DNA from: a virus
Lineage: Duplodnaviria > Caudoviricetes
Strand: one strand, 5' to 3'
IMG/VR virus record: IMGVR_UViG_3300047275_000180
Location: 1-29,809 of that record
Length of the DNA: 29,809 nt
Position 1 is the stretch's first letter. Each line of letters starts with the position of its first letter. A program made the position numbers and the translations under genes. Of this stretch, positions 1 to 10,390 are shown one piece after another. Under the pieces are notes generated by a model. The model was not told the DNA's origin and did no database searches. It saw only the letters and a list, made by a program, of their open reading frames with translations.

Positions 1-2
1 TT

Positions 3-848
3 TACGACACCCAGCGCGTATTGCGCATTATTGGGGTCGATGGCAAGCCAGACATGGTGACAATCAACGAGGTTCAGGCGACCGGCGAGGTAATGAACGA
101 TGTGACCGTCGGCCTGTACGACGTAGTCATGGACGTTGGCCCCGGCTACAACTCGAAGCGCCAGCAGGCAGTTGACACCATGATGCCGCTGATGGCCGAC
201 CCGCAGGTATTCCAAGCCGCAGGCGACCTGCTATTCCGCAACATGGATTTCCCGGGCGCTGATGTGATTGCCGACCGGCTGGCCGCGATGAACCCGATCA
301 GCCAGATCGACCCGAAATCGGATGTGCCGCCGCAGGCGCAAATGCAGCTATTACAGGCGCAAAAGACAATTGCCGATATGCAACAGCAAATGATGGCAAT
401 GCAGCTCGAAATCCAGAATCGCGGGCAGGTTGCGCAGATCAAAGAAGAAGGCCAGAGCCGCAGGAAGTTGATGGATGTGATTTCCCGCGCTTACAACACC
501 GACACCATCAACGAGGCGAAGGTCAATCAAGCGAACTTGAAAGCCACGACCGACCAAAACAAGGTCGAAATCGATGCCATGCTGCGGCTGGTCTTGGCTG
601 GCGTTCCGATGGGCGCATTGAACGCCGAAATCGCCCGACGCGATGCCGAGCAGCGGCAGGAAATGGCATTTGCCGAGAACGAGGTCAACGACACCGGCAA
701 CCCGTTCATTCAGGCTGGGCAAGAATTGATTTTGCAGTCCATGCAAGCGCAGCAAATGCAACAAATGGCAGCACAGCAAATGGCGCAGCAGGCACAACAG
801 CAGCCGCCGATGCCAGAGCAAATGCCGCCTGAACAGCCGATGGTTTGA
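3..848 (+). CDS. Portal protein, P22-like (C-terminal part, truncated at window start)
   Basis: Frame open from nt 3 (YDTQRVLRIIGVDG...NDVTVGLYDVVMDVGPGYNSKRQ...DFPGADVIADRL); coiled-coil and Q/P/M-rich tail; directly upstream of scaffold and coat. Confidence 0.85.
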   Translation, partial: YDTQRVLRIIGVDGKPDMVTINEVQATGEVMNDVTVGLYDVVMDVGPGYNSKRQQAVDTMMPLMADPQVFQAAGDLLFRNMDFPGADVIADRLAAMNPISQIDPKSDVPPQAQMQLLQAQKTIADMQQQMMAMQLEIQNRGQVAQIKEEGQSRRKLMDVISRAYNTDTINEAKVNQANLKATTDQNKVEIDAMLRLVLAGVPMGALNAEIARRDAEQRQEMAFAENEVNDTGNPFIQAGQELILQSMQAQQMQQMAAQQMAQQAQQQPPMPEQMPPEQPMV

Positions 849-873
849 CATGGAATGAATACAGGATGACAAT
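845..873 (+). promoter_or_regulatory. Putative sigma70 promoter for scaffold/coat genes
   Basis: TTGACA (845-850), 17 nt spacer, GACAAT (868-873). Confidence 0.6.
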
Positions 874-918
874 AAACCTACCGGCGGGTAACACCGGGTC
901 AATTCTTAGGGAAAACCT

Positions 919-1860
919 ATGTCTGAAGTGGAAGCAAGGCTGGCGGCCAATATCGTCACCAGCGAGAATTTAGCGGAATTCGCAGCCCAGAAACTTGGTC
1001 TAGTTGAAACGCCAGCAAACGAGGCGGTAAACGAGGACGCGAACAGCGCCGTTGCCGAGCCGGATGCAGAGGCAGATCAGAGTGGACAGGATGGGGAAGG
1101 GAAGGACGCGACAGCAACAGATGAGGCGAAGGAAAAGAAGCCAAATCCCAAGCTGGAACGGCGGTTTTCAGAGATAACCAAGCAACGGGAGCAAGCGCGG
1201 CAAGAAGCGCAACGCGAACGTGAGCAAAGGGAAGCGCTGGAAGCTAGGCTGAAGGAACTCGAAGCCAAAGTAAACCCACCGGCTGCACAGCCAGAGGATG
1301 AGCTAGGCGAGGAACCGAAGCCGGAAATGTTCAACGATATGTTCGAGTACGCGAGAGCGTTAGCCGAATATACCGCTGACAAAAAGCTGATGGAACGGGA
1401 TAAGGAGGAAAAGGCGCGTCAAGCGAAGGCCGAGCAAGAAGCTAAGTTTCAAGCATGGGCTGATCGCGTAAACGCTGCCAAGAACGAATTACCCGACTTT
1501 GATGACATGGTGCAGAGTTCGGATGTGCGGGTATCTGACCCGGTTCGAGATGCCATCATTGAATCAGAGCATGGGCCAAAAATTTTGTATTGGTTGGCTG
1601 AGAATACCGACTTTGCAAAAAAATTGGCCGATATGTCGGTTGTTTCCGCAGTTCGTGAGATTGGGAAGATCGAAGCACGTTTCGAGAAGGCGAAAGACCC
1701 GGAGCCGAAGCCTGTTGTTGGGAAGTCAAAAGCGCCAGCGCCGATTAATCCGCTGCGCGGTGCGGTCAACACGGTGGATGCGAACATGGATGCCGATGGC
1801 AATTTTCATGGGACGTATCAACAATGGAAAGCCGCCCGTCAAGCAAGGAAAATCCGCTAG
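919..1860 (+). CDS. Capsid scaffolding protein
   Basis: Acidic N-terminus, long coiled coil, KAPAPINP motif, basic C-terminal helix; lies between portal and coat. Confidence 0.8.
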   Translation: MSEVEARLAANIVTSENLAEFAAQKLGLVETPANEAVNEDANSAVAEPDAEADQSGQDGEGKDATATDEAKEKKPNPKLERRFSEITKQREQARQEAQREREQREALEARLKELEAKVNPPAAQPEDELGEEPKPEMFNDMFEYARALAEYTADKKLMERDKEEKARQAKAEQEAKFQAWADRVNAAKNELPDFDDMVQSSDVRVSDPVRDAIIESEHGPKILYWLAENTDFAKKLADMSVVSAVREIGKIEARFEKAKDPEPKPVVGKSKAPAPINPLRGAVNTVDANMDADGNFHGTYQQWKAARQARKIR

Positions 1861-1888
1861 TTAAACCCTTTTCTAAAAGGAAATAGAA

Positions 1889-3145
1889 ATGTCCAACAAT
1901 TTGCTAACCATTAGCAAGATCACCAACGAAGCGTTGATGGTCTTGGAAAACGAACTGACTTTTTCGAGTGAAGTAAACCGCGAATACGACGATCAATTTG
2001 CCGTCGTAGGCGCAAAAATCGGTAACACCCTGAACGTTCGTCGTCCGGGTCGTTTCATCGGTACGACTGGCCCTGCGCTGAATGTTGAAGATTTCAACGA
2101 AACCAGCGTGCCTGTCACCCTGTCAACTCAGTTCCACGTTGACACCCAGTTCACCACGCAAGATTTGGCCCTGTCGCTTGATATGTTCAGCGACCGTGTG
2201 CTGAAGCCTGCTGTGGCAGCTATTGCCAACAAGATCGATTTTGACGGTCTGACGATGGCTAAGAACAGCACCGCTAACATCGTTGGCACCGCTGGCACCC
2301 CGCCGACCGGCCTTATCACTTACCTGACTGCCCAAGCGTATCTGGACAGCGAAGGCGCACCCCGTGATGGCCGTCGTTCTTGCATCATCGAGCCATTTAC
2401 TTCGGCCACCATCGTTGACAGCCTGAAAGGTCTGTTTAACCCACAGTCTGCAGTATCGGATCAGTACCAGAAGGGTCTGATGGGTCGTGATTCGGGCGGC
2501 ATGAACTGGAAGATGGATCAGAACGTGGTCGCGCAGACGTTTGGCGCGTGGACTACAACTGCTGGCACCCTGACCGCGAATACCCAGAGCATCGGTATTT
2601 CGACCGGCTGGGCATCATCCTCGACCATCACTCTGACCCACAGCGCTGGCCTGACCCTGCGTCAAGGCGATGTGATCCAGATCGCTAACGTATTTGCGGT
2701 CAACCCGCAGAACCGTCAGGCGTATGGTTCGAACAAGCCACGCAATTTCGTGGTTCAGTCCACCGTAACTGGTTCAGGTTCGTCCACCATTTCTGTGACT
2801 GTTGTTCCGGCAATCATCACCGGCGGTCAGTTCCAGAACGTGACCATCCCGACCACTTCGGCTACCGCGACTGTGACCCCGTTCTCTATCGGTACTTCGG
2901 CCACCGGCACCGTATCGCCGCAGAACATCATCATGCACCGCAATGCGTTCACGCTGGCGACTGCTGATCTTGAGCTGCCTGATGGCGTTCACTTTGCTGG
3001 CCGCGCATCGGACAAAGAGCTTGGTCTGTCGATTCGTGTTGTTCGTCAGTACACGATCAACAACGATTCGATCCCGACTCGTCTTGATGTCTTGTATGGC
3101 TGGGCACCGCTGTACCAAGAACTGGCCTGCCGTGTCGCAGCCTAA
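1889..3145 (+). CDS. Major capsid protein, P22 gp5 coat family
   Basis: 418 aa; NREYDDQF..GAKIGNTLNVRRP and RLDVLYGW motifs; strong codon bias; SD AAGGA. Confidence 0.92.
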   Translation: MSNNLLTISKITNEALMVLENELTFSSEVNREYDDQFAVVGAKIGNTLNVRRPGRFIGTTGPALNVEDFNETSVPVTLSTQFHVDTQFTTQDLALSLDMFSDRVLKPAVAAIANKIDFDGLTMAKNSTANIVGTAGTPPTGLITYLTAQAYLDSEGAPRDGRRSCIIEPFTSATIVDSLKGLFNPQSAVSDQYQKGLMGRDSGGMNWKMDQNVVAQTFGAWTTTAGTLTANTQSIGISTGWASSSTITLTHSAGLTLRQGDVIQIANVFAVNPQNRQAYGSNKPRNFVVQSTVTGSGSSTISVTVVPAIITGGQFQNVTIPTTSATATVTPFSIGTSATGTVSPQNIIMHRNAFTLATADLELPDGVHFAGRASDKELGLSIRVVRQYTINNDSIPTRLDVLYGWAPLYQELACRVAA

Positions 3146-3167
3146 TAACCATTGAAAGGAAATTGAC

Positions 3168-3587
3168 ATGAGCAATCCCGGCCCAGCAAGTACCCAAACC
3201 AACCACCCTTCAAATCTAGCCACCAATCAGGCCTACCGCCTGCTGGCTAGTGCGCAGGGTGTTAACCTGAACTCGGTTGCTGACACCGTTGCGAATGTTT
3301 TGAACGCTTCGACTTACAGCGTTCAGGACATCATCGTGGCGAATGCCAGCGTTGACCTGACCACCGCACAACTGGCCGTTCGCACTGGCGCAGGTGGCAC
3401 AGGTACCGCAGTCAAAACCGCTTATGCGTTGACCGGTAACTCGGCCAGCGACAAGGTGGTGGTCACTGCTGCGGATGACACAGACGCGCTGACCGGCGAC
3501 GTTCTATACATTCGTTGCACGACAGCTCAAGGCGCAGCCGCAACTGCTGACGTTTATATTTACGGTTACGACCTGTCGTTCCTGTAA
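3168..3587 (+). CDS. Virion structural protein (probable capsid decoration)
   Basis: 139 aa A/T/V-rich beta protein directly after coat, SD AAGGA, followed by terminator. Confidence 0.6.
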   Translation: MSNPGPASTQTNHPSNLATNQAYRLLASAQGVNLNSVADTVANVLNASTYSVQDIIVANASVDLTTAQLAVRTGAGGTGTAVKTAYALTGNSASDKVVVTAADDTDALTGDVLYIRCTTAQGAAATADVYIYGYDLSFL

Positions 3588-3604
3588 TCTAATGAGTGAC
3601 TAAG

Positions 3605-3638
3605 GAAAAGGCCGCCCCTTTGTGGGGTGGCTTTTTCT
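3605..3638 (+). terminator. Rho-independent terminator
   Basis: GAAAAG-GCCGCCCC-TTTGT-GGGGTGGC-TTTTTC stem-loop with U tract. Confidence 0.85.
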
Positions 3639-3665
3639 TATCAAAATCTGATGAAAGGGCAAGCC

Positions 3666-4007
3666 ATGTTGCCGAGCTTTAGACCTAACGGCCCGACCAC
3701 TCGAATCACAGTACCCGCAGCCGCATCAACGCCGCTGCAAATTACCCCGAATACCAACGTCGAAAACAACTATGTGGCGCTTCTGAACGTCGGCGCTGCG
3801 ACCGTTTCCGTCAGTTTGGGTTCGACTTCAGGCACCACGCCGACCCCTGTTGTGCCGCTGACCACCGCGACTACGCCGGGTGTCGTTTTGCCGCCGAATA
3901 TGATCTACCCGATGGTCATTCCAGCGCCGCGCAATAACTTTTTTGTGTCGATTATCGGCAGCTCTGCGGCTGGCGATGTGTATGTAACGCCTGTTTCGGC
4001 TGGGTAA
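3666..4007 (+). CDS. Hypothetical virion protein
   Basis: ATG 3666 with GAAAGGG SD (track start 3627 lies inside the terminator); beta-rich 113 aa. Confidence 0.6.
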   Translation: MLPSFRPNGPTTRITVPAAASTPLQITPNTNVENNYVALLNVGAATVSVSLGSTSGTTPTPVVPLTTATTPGVVLPPNMIYPMVIPAPRNNFFVSIIGSSAAGDVYVTPVSAG

Positions 4008-4010
4008 GTG

Positions 4011-6506
4011 ATGGCGAATCAAGTCGCCAGCCAGCAAACGATCAATATTGTTCCGGTACAGGGCATTTTTGGCCCTGAGCCGACATTTACGCCGATTACG
4101 CTGGTCGGCCCTGCTGGGTCGTACTTTTACCCTGTCATAAATCCGGTTCAATCAGGGCTGACGATCACTAACAGCACGATTGATTCGTCTGTTATTGGCG
4201 GGATCACGCCTGCTGCGGCGTATTTCACGACTGCGGAGGTCGCAGCTACTCCAACTGCCGATCAAGATGTCGCAAATAAAGCCTACGTTGACTCAGTTGC
4301 GCAGGGTTTGGACATCAAAGCGTCGTGTTTGTACACCACCACGAACAACATCACGCTGTCGGGATTGGGAACGCAAGCGGGTGGCGATTGGCCTTCGACG
4401 CTGACTGCGGGAAGCCGGATTCTGGTCAAAAACCAGACCAATCAGGCTGAAAATGGCATTTATGCGGCCAGCTTGACCGGCTGGACACGCACCACCGACA
4501 TGAATAACTGGTCGGAAGTGCCGGGCGCGTTCACATTTATTGAGGATGGCGCGACACTTTCGGCGACCGGCTGGGTCACGACCGCTGGATCGACCGGCAC
4601 GATTGGCGTGACCAATATGCCATGGACGCAATTTAGCGGCGCGGGAACGTACACGGCGGGAAATGGCCTGCAACTGATCTCGAATCAGTTTTCGGTCAAG
4701 CTAAACGGCACGACGCTTGATGCCAGCTCAAGCGGCCTGAGGATTTCCACGACGTACGCAGGCCAAACCAGCATCACAACGCTAGGAACGATTGCCACAG
4801 GCGTATGGGAAGCCACGGATGTCGCGGTATTGCACGGCGGCACGGGCGCATCGGATGCCGCAGGCGCACGGGCAAACCTGTCAGCAGCCATTTTGGGCGC
4901 GAATAACGACATCACCAGTATGTCGGCGATTACTGGATCGATTGCCAGCCCAACTTATATCCAGTTCAACACCACGCAAAACCCGCTGCCGACCGACGCG
5001 ACAGGGCGCATTTACTACGACAGTAATGACCAGTTTCAAACGTTAGCGTTCCAAATGAACGGTAACGTAGTTCAGAAAATTGGTGAAGAACAGTTCTATC
5101 GGATTAAGTGTCAGGGCGCGATTACCAAAGGGCAAGTCGTATCGTTTGCCGGTACGCTAGGATCATCGGGCGGTTTGATTGGTAAAGCCGCAACTGGGCT
5201 GACCAAAGACCAAGCGCAATATGTGCTGGGTTTGGCGGCTGAAACTGGCAATAACAACGATTGGATTTTCGTTGTGTCGTTTGGTGAGGTGAAGAACCTA
5301 AACACCACGGGCGGCGCTGAAGTATGGGCGCAGGGCGATGAGCTGTATTACAACCCGGCGGTCACGGGTGGCCTGACCAAGATCAAGCCAGCAGTTCCCA
5401 ACGCGATTGTGCTGGTGGCTGCGGTGGTCAACGTTGGCACGAACAATGGCATTTTGTTTGTGCGGCCTACCTACGGGTCGGTGTTGGGCGGTACGGATGG
5501 CAACGTGCAATTCGGAACGCTTAATAATTTGGATGTGCTGCAATACAACGGCACAGGGCAATACTGGACGAATGTGCCAGCTAGCGGCCTGTCGGTTAGC
5601 TATGCGGCAACAGCAGGCAGTGCAGGATCGGCGACCACGGCAGGCACCGCAACAAATCTTGCGGGTGGTACAACTGGGGCGCTGCCGTATCAAACGGGCG
5701 CAGGAGCCACCACATTCCTGAATTTAGGCACTTCGACCTATATTCTGACCGCTGGCGCGTCTGCGCCGACATGGACTGATCCTTCGTCTATTACGGTCGG
5801 AAACGCAACAAACGCAACAAACGCAACGACAGCGACCAATCTGGCAGGCGGCGCGGCTGCGAGTATCCCGTACCAGTCTGGCGCTGGGGCGACTGCGTTT
5901 CTGGCTTCGGTGGCAGGGGATGCTGGCAAGGTCTTGCAGAGCAACGGCACCAGCGCACCGTCGTGGGTTACGCCTGTGGCTTACGCGACGGTCACGGATG
6001 ACACGACCAGCGGCACGACGTTTTATCCGCTGATTTCTAATGTCACGACAGGCAATTTGACGACCGAATACGTCAGCTCGACCAAGCTGCAATTTGTGCC
6101 AAGCACCGGCATCTTGACTGCGACAGGATTTAGCGGGTCTGGCGCGTCGCTGACCAACCTGCCAGCGGGCAATCTATCTGGCACCATTCCATCGGCGGTG
6201 TTGGGCAATTCCAGCCTGTTTATTGGCACGACATCAATTGCGTTAAATCGGTCAAGCGCCATCCAAAGCCTGACCGGGGTCAGTATTGACGGATCGGCAG
6301 GGTCGGCCACAACTGCGGGAACGGCCACGAACGCCAATAACATCGCAATCGCTGACGATACCAGCACCAATGCGGACTATTATCCTGTGTGGGTGACGAA
6401 TTCGACCGGCAACTTGCCTGCGAAAGTGACCAGCACTAAACTCAAATTCAATCCGAGCAGCGGCGCAATGACGGTTACGGGCGGTATTGGCGGGGGTGCA
6501 TTTTGA
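4011..6506 (+). CDS. Long tail fibre / fibre-like virion protein
   Basis: G/T/A-rich; ANKAYVD, RILVKNQT..ENGIY, GGTGA..ARANL motifs; internal repeats; ends GIGGGAF; start ATG 4011 or GTG 4008. Confidence 0.8.
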   Translation: MANQVASQQTINIVPVQGIFGPEPTFTPITLVGPAGSYFYPVINPVQSGLTITNSTIDSSVIGGITPAAAYFTTAEVAATPTADQDVANKAYVDSVAQGLDIKASCLYTTTNNITLSGLGTQAGGDWPSTLTAGSRILVKNQTNQAENGIYAASLTGWTRTTDMNNWSEVPGAFTFIEDGATLSATGWVTTAGSTGTIGVTNMPWTQFSGAGTYTAGNGLQLISNQFSVKLNGTTLDASSSGLRISTTYAGQTSITTLGTIATGVWEATDVAVLHGGTGASDAAGARANLSAAILGANNDITSMSAITGSIASPTYIQFNTTQNPLPTDATGRIYYDSNDQFQTLAFQMNGNVVQKIGEEQFYRIKCQGAITKGQVVSFAGTLGSSGGLIGKAATGLTKDQAQYVLGLAAETGNNNDWIFVVSFGEVKNLNTTGGAEVWAQGDELYYNPAVTGGLTKIKPAVPNAIVLVAAVVNVGTNNGILFVRPTYGSVLGGTDGNVQFGTLNNLDVLQYNGTGQYWTNVPASGLSVSYAATAGSAGSATTAGTATNLAGGTTGALPYQTGAGATTFLNLGTSTYILTAGASAPTWTDPSSITVGNATNATNATTATNLAGGAAASIPYQSGAGATAFLASVAGDAGKVLQSNGTSAPSWVTPVAYATVTDDTTSGTTFYPLISNVTTGNLTTEYVSSTKLQFVPSTGILTATGFSGSGASLTNLPAGNLSGTIPSAVLGNSSLFIGTTSIALNRSSAIQSLTGVSIDGSAGSATTAGTATNANNIAIADDTSTNADYYPVWVTNSTGNLPAKVTSTKLKFNPSSGAMTVTGGIGGGAF
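5802..5828 (+). repeat. Tandem 9-mer AACGCAACA x3 (NAT NAT NAT)
   Basis: Seen directly; third copy ends in G. Confidence 0.85.
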
Positions 6507-6805
6507 ACTATGAATGGAAAATTGAGGGCGTCCAGGTCGATGATGGGCTGATTACTGCCGCGAAATATTATTGCCGCGCCATTAATCGCAGCGGGATTGT
6601 GGACACCGAAGGCACTTGGTTTTTTAAAGACCCGCAGCTCGTTACACCGATTGCCGATGTGACCGAGGAAATGGTCGTGGATTGGATCAAAGGCCAAGCT
6701 GACATTGAGGGTCGGCTGGCCGAGCAAATGAATAATCTGGCAGCGCAATTACCGATGTCGCTGCCGTGGGCACCGCCCGTGTTTACCCCAAAATTTGAGG
6801 ATTAA
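6503..6805 (+). CDS. Small tail-fibre-associated protein (possible chaperone)
   Basis: TTG start overlaps fibre stop; VTEEMVVDWI...LPW motif typical of genes following fibres. Confidence 0.55.
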   Translation: MNYEWKIEGVQVDDGLITAAKYYCRAINRSGIVDTEGTWFFKDPQLVTPIADVTEEMVVDWIKGQADIEGRLAEQMNNLAAQLPMSLPWAPPVFTPKFED

Positions 6806-6808
6806 ATT

Positions 6809-7300
6809 ATGGCCGCTGTAACTCTTTCACCATTTCTAGGCGTTGGTGGTCAATTATTTGATGACAACGGCAATCCGTTAGCTGGTGGCACAATTAATAC
6901 ATATCTTGCTGGCACAACAACTAATGCAGCTACATATACCACCAGTACTGGAAATATTGCACATACAAATCCAATTGTTTTAGATGCCGCAGGGCGTATT
7001 CCGAGTGGTGAAATTTGGCTGCTGTTTAATACTTCATACAAATTTATTGTAAAAGATTCTGCTGGTGCATTAATTGGAACTTTTGACAATATTGGCGGTA
7101 GTAGCGTTGGGTCAAATGTTCAAAACTACACAGGCAACGGATCAACAGTATCTTTTGCTTTACCAGTAGGCGTAACAATTGTTTTCAATATTTATATTAA
7201 TGGGGTTTACCAAAATAGAAATACTTATTCAGTAACAGGCGGGAATATTGTATTTACGCAAGCGCCGCCACTTAATTCAATTATTGAAGCGCAGGTATAA
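6809..7300 (+). CDS. Tail anchor/adaptor with tailspike head-binding-like domain
   Basis: GNPLAGG..TY.AGTT..HTNPIVLDAAGR..IWL..YKF pattern, plus short C-terminal GNGST..YINGVYQ..FTQAPP domain. Confidence 0.6.
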   Translation: MAAVTLSPFLGVGGQLFDDNGNPLAGGTINTYLAGTTTNAATYTTSTGNIAHTNPIVLDAAGRIPSGEIWLLFNTSYKFIVKDSAGALIGTFDNIGGSSVGSNVQNYTGNGSTVSFALPVGVTIVFNIYINGVYQNRNTYSVTGGNIVFTQAPPLNSIIEAQV

Positions 7301-7302
7301 CT

Positions 7303-8499
7303 ATGGCGCAAACTGGATACACCCCAATCCTAATTTACAGCAGCAGTACGGCTGCGGCTGCGCCTGCTGCTGGTAGTTTAACTAACAGCACGTTAGGGTC
7401 AGAGCTTGCCATCAACATCACCGATGGAAAACTTTTTTACAAAGACAATGCCAACGCCATTCAGGTAATTGGCTGGAAGGTCGTTCCGACTACTGCTGGT
7501 GGCACCGGCCTGACATCGTATGCGCAGGGCGATTTACTGTATTACAACACCGGCACGACACTTACGGCATTAGCCAAAAACACAACGGCTACAAGATATT
7601 TGTCCAATACTGGAACAAACAACAATCCCGCTTGGGCGCAAATTAATCTAAGCAATGGTGTGACAGGTGTTTTGCCAGTAGCCAATGGCGGCACAAATGC
7701 TTCAACGGCAAGTATTACTGCATTTAACAATATAACCGGATACACGGCATCGGGCGCAACTGGTACAACCAGCACAAATTTGGTATTTAGCACTAGCCCA
7801 AGTATTACAACTCCACGCGTCATAACAAGCATTAATGACACTAATGGAAATGAATTAATTGGGGTTACAGCAACTTCATCCGCTGTCAATGAAATTACAG
7901 TAGCCAACGCAGCCACCACAAATTCGCCAACAATTTCCGCGACTGGCGGCGATACCAATATTGGGATTCGGTTGGCGCCAAAAGGAACTGGCGATGTAAC
8001 AGTAGTGACTGGAAATTTAGTTATTGGAACGGCGGGAAATGGAATTGATTTTTCTGCAACTTCTGGAACTGGCACAAGCGAAATATTGTCCGATTACGAA
8101 GAAGGAACATTTACAGTCAATTATTCTGCCGCAACACCGTTTACTTCAGTAACTTATGATATTACTACGGGATATTACCGAAAAGTAGGAAACCTTGTTG
8201 TTGTAACTGGCCGAGTAAGAACTGATGCAGTTAGCGGCGGTGCTGGCGCTGTTTCAATTAATCTTCCTTTTACTGTTCAAAATACAACTTCATCGGCAGC
8301 CGGTACTGGATGCGCTAGAGGTGCGTCATGGGGTGGTGACTTTCCTTTAATGTTACAAGCCGAGGCTGGTGGAACTACGGCAGTACTACTTTATAGAACC
8401 GCTGTAAACAGTCTTAGTTTTGCGATTGATGTGGCTGACATGGGAACAGGCGCAAACGCTAATGACTGCCAATTTGAATTAACTTATGTAACGGCTTAA
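7303..8499 (+). CDS. Tail fibre protein
   Basis: ELAINITDGKLFYKD N-terminal motif, GGTG repeats, GIDFSAT..DYEEGTF..Y.KVGNLV C-terminal module. Confidence 0.7.
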   Translation: MAQTGYTPILIYSSSTAAAAPAAGSLTNSTLGSELAINITDGKLFYKDNANAIQVIGWKVVPTTAGGTGLTSYAQGDLLYYNTGTTLTALAKNTTATRYLSNTGTNNNPAWAQINLSNGVTGVLPVANGGTNASTASITAFNNITGYTASGATGTTSTNLVFSTSPSITTPRVITSINDTNGNELIGVTATSSAVNEITVANAATTNSPTISATGGDTNIGIRLAPKGTGDVTVVTGNLVIGTAGNGIDFSATSGTGTSEILSDYEEGTFTVNYSAATPFTSVTYDITTGYYRKVGNLVVVTGRVRTDAVSGGAGAVSINLPFTVQNTTSSAAGTGCARGASWGGDFPLMLQAEAGGTTAVLLYRTAVNSLSFAIDVADMGTGANANDCQFELTYVTA

Positions 8500-8511
8500 T
8501 AGGGATTAAAA

Positions 8512-10377
8512 ATGGCTTTGACCAAAGTAACTTATTCAATGATTAAGGATGCACCAATTGATGTGCAAGATATTGGTCTAGTTCCTGACGATATATCAGC
8601 AGCGGCCACTAATGCACAACTGTTGCAAGACTTTCTTGATCCTAGAACTGTTGATGGTTACACAGGATTGATTTTCTTTGGTGGCAAAAATGTTACCTAT
8701 CATTTTTCATCGCAACAAATTCGTGTTCGTAACGGGATTTCAATTGATCTAAATGAGAATACTTTGAGTTTTGTTTTTACAGCATCAAGCAGTCAAGATG
8801 TAAACAAAGGATTTTTAACCGCCGAACATAATTTTGAACTGTTTAACGGAAAAATTATTTGTGACATTACTGATAACCCGTTGTATGTAAATGCGGGTAG
8901 TTGTGTTCATTTAGGCTTACGAGAGACCGACACTTATTTTGGTGTAGTTACCGATTCCACGCTTCCGTACAGAAAAGGACAATTCTATCTACACGATTTG
9001 GAATTAGTAAATAACGCTATAAACGCTAATTGTATTGCTTCTCTTGCTGGTGTTGAAAATTGTGTTATTGAAAACGTAAGAATTGACGGGCAAGGAACAT
9101 TACGAGGCGGTATAAATTATGAGTGGGGATGGGCCGACGCAGTTTTGCCAGTCTATAACCGACAAACATCACACGCTAACAATTGGTTTATAGATAATGT
9201 TGTAATCAATAATTGTGATTTGGGAATTAGTGTAAGGGGTGCGTATAACTTTACTTTTAACAACATCGTTATTCGTGACTGCTATGACGGTGTTGACTTA
9301 GGTTCTGGCGAAGCATCGTTTTACAATCCTTGGAATCCTGATAAATCTGGAACGCGCAATAATATGCGTTTTACAAATTGCGTACTTCAAGACATTGAAA
9401 ATGTTGGGATGACTTTAACCGGTTGCAATTATGGTACGATTTATCTTAATCCAATAATTACAAACGCAAATCGAATTAGATTATTAGATTGCACTCTTGA
9501 AAATGTAAAAATTGGTGCTAAAGATTCAGCGACATCGTCGTGGGGTATTGCGTCAACACTACGAAATTTAGAGTGTAAAAATGTGTTTGTAAGCAACTTT
9601 GATCGCGGGTTTTTTATAACCGGCGATTGGTGGAAAGTGTTTATGAATTTTGTGCAGGTAAGAGGATGCAGACGAGAAGCAATTTTTTTGTCAAAAGCCA
9701 GTGCCTTGTTCACTAATCCAAATATTGTTGAAATTAGAAATTCAACAATTTATGAAAACGGTGATGGCGTAACAACGGCTGGTATTAACTACGATGTTAA
9801 TGTCGGCTCAAATGTGCTGATTGAAAACAATACTTTTGGAATAGTCGGAGAAACAAATCAATACTATTCCGTTGCTGGTAGTGTGTTATCTGAAGATGTA
9901 ATGATTCGATATAACAACACACTTGGTACGGCTGGTGGTGTTGCTTATTATCGTGGTGGTTCAACAGCGACAAGAGAAAATGTCTTAGAAAACAATGTAG
10001 GCATAGTTACTAGCGATCAGCAATGGAAGCGTTTAGGCCAGTTTGGTTATGATGGTGCTAATACAAAAACATTTTCGGTGGCCGATGAGCAAATATCAGT
10101 ATTTAGTATAACTTCATCAAGCGCAACTTGGACGCTCCCAACAAACGCAAATGCGCCAATTTCCATTGGGGCGCAATGGCAATTTATTGCTGGTTATGCT
10201 TCAGGAACATCTAGCATTGCAAAACAATCTGGCGTGACATTGAATGTTTATGATGGATCTGCTTATACAGCCAATGTGACTTCAATCACAATGGCCGCTG
10301 GATCGTTTGCCAATGTGCAAAAAATTGGTGTAGACACATGGAATGTTTGGGGTACTGGATTAACCGCTGTTCCGTAA
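8512..10377 (+). CDS. Tailspike / beta-helix depolymerase (pectate-lyase-like fold)
   Basis: MALTKVTYSMI..VQDIGLVPDD N-terminus; N/I/V-rich beta-helix periodicity; AT-rich DNA. Confidence 0.75.
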   Translation: MALTKVTYSMIKDAPIDVQDIGLVPDDISAAATNAQLLQDFLDPRTVDGYTGLIFFGGKNVTYHFSSQQIRVRNGISIDLNENTLSFVFTASSSQDVNKGFLTAEHNFELFNGKIICDITDNPLYVNAGSCVHLGLRETDTYFGVVTDSTLPYRKGQFYLHDLELVNNAINANCIASLAGVENCVIENVRIDGQGTLRGGINYEWGWADAVLPVYNRQTSHANNWFIDNVVINNCDLGISVRGAYNFTFNNIVIRDCYDGVDLGSGEASFYNPWNPDKSGTRNNMRFTNCVLQDIENVGMTLTGCNYGTIYLNPIITNANRIRLLDCTLENVKIGAKDSATSSWGIASTLRNLECKNVFVSNFDRGFFITGDWWKVFMNFVQVRGCRREAIFLSKASALFTNPNIVEIRNSTIYENGDGVTTAGINYDVNVGSNVLIENNTFGIVGETNQYYSVAGSVLSEDVMIRYNNTLGTAGGVAYYRGGSTATRENVLENNVGIVTSDQQWKRLGQFGYDGANTKTFSVADEQISVFSITSSSATWTLPTNANAPISIGAQWQFIAGYASGTSSIAKQSGVTLNVYDGSAYTANVTSITMAAGSFANVQKIGVDTWNVWGTGLTAVP

Positions 10378-10390
10378 TGGAGAATCAAAA

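Noticed and set aside
730-848. Q/M/P low-complexity repeat
   Set aside because: Common disordered portal tail; not a separate element
3140-3168. Capsid readthrough or frameshift into the downstream gene
   Set aside because: Tandem TAA TAA stops, no slippery site, and the downstream gene has its own SD
4011-10377. Diversity-generating retroelement or invertible fibre cassette
   Set aside because: No reverse transcriptase, invertase, TR/VR pair or inverted repeats seen
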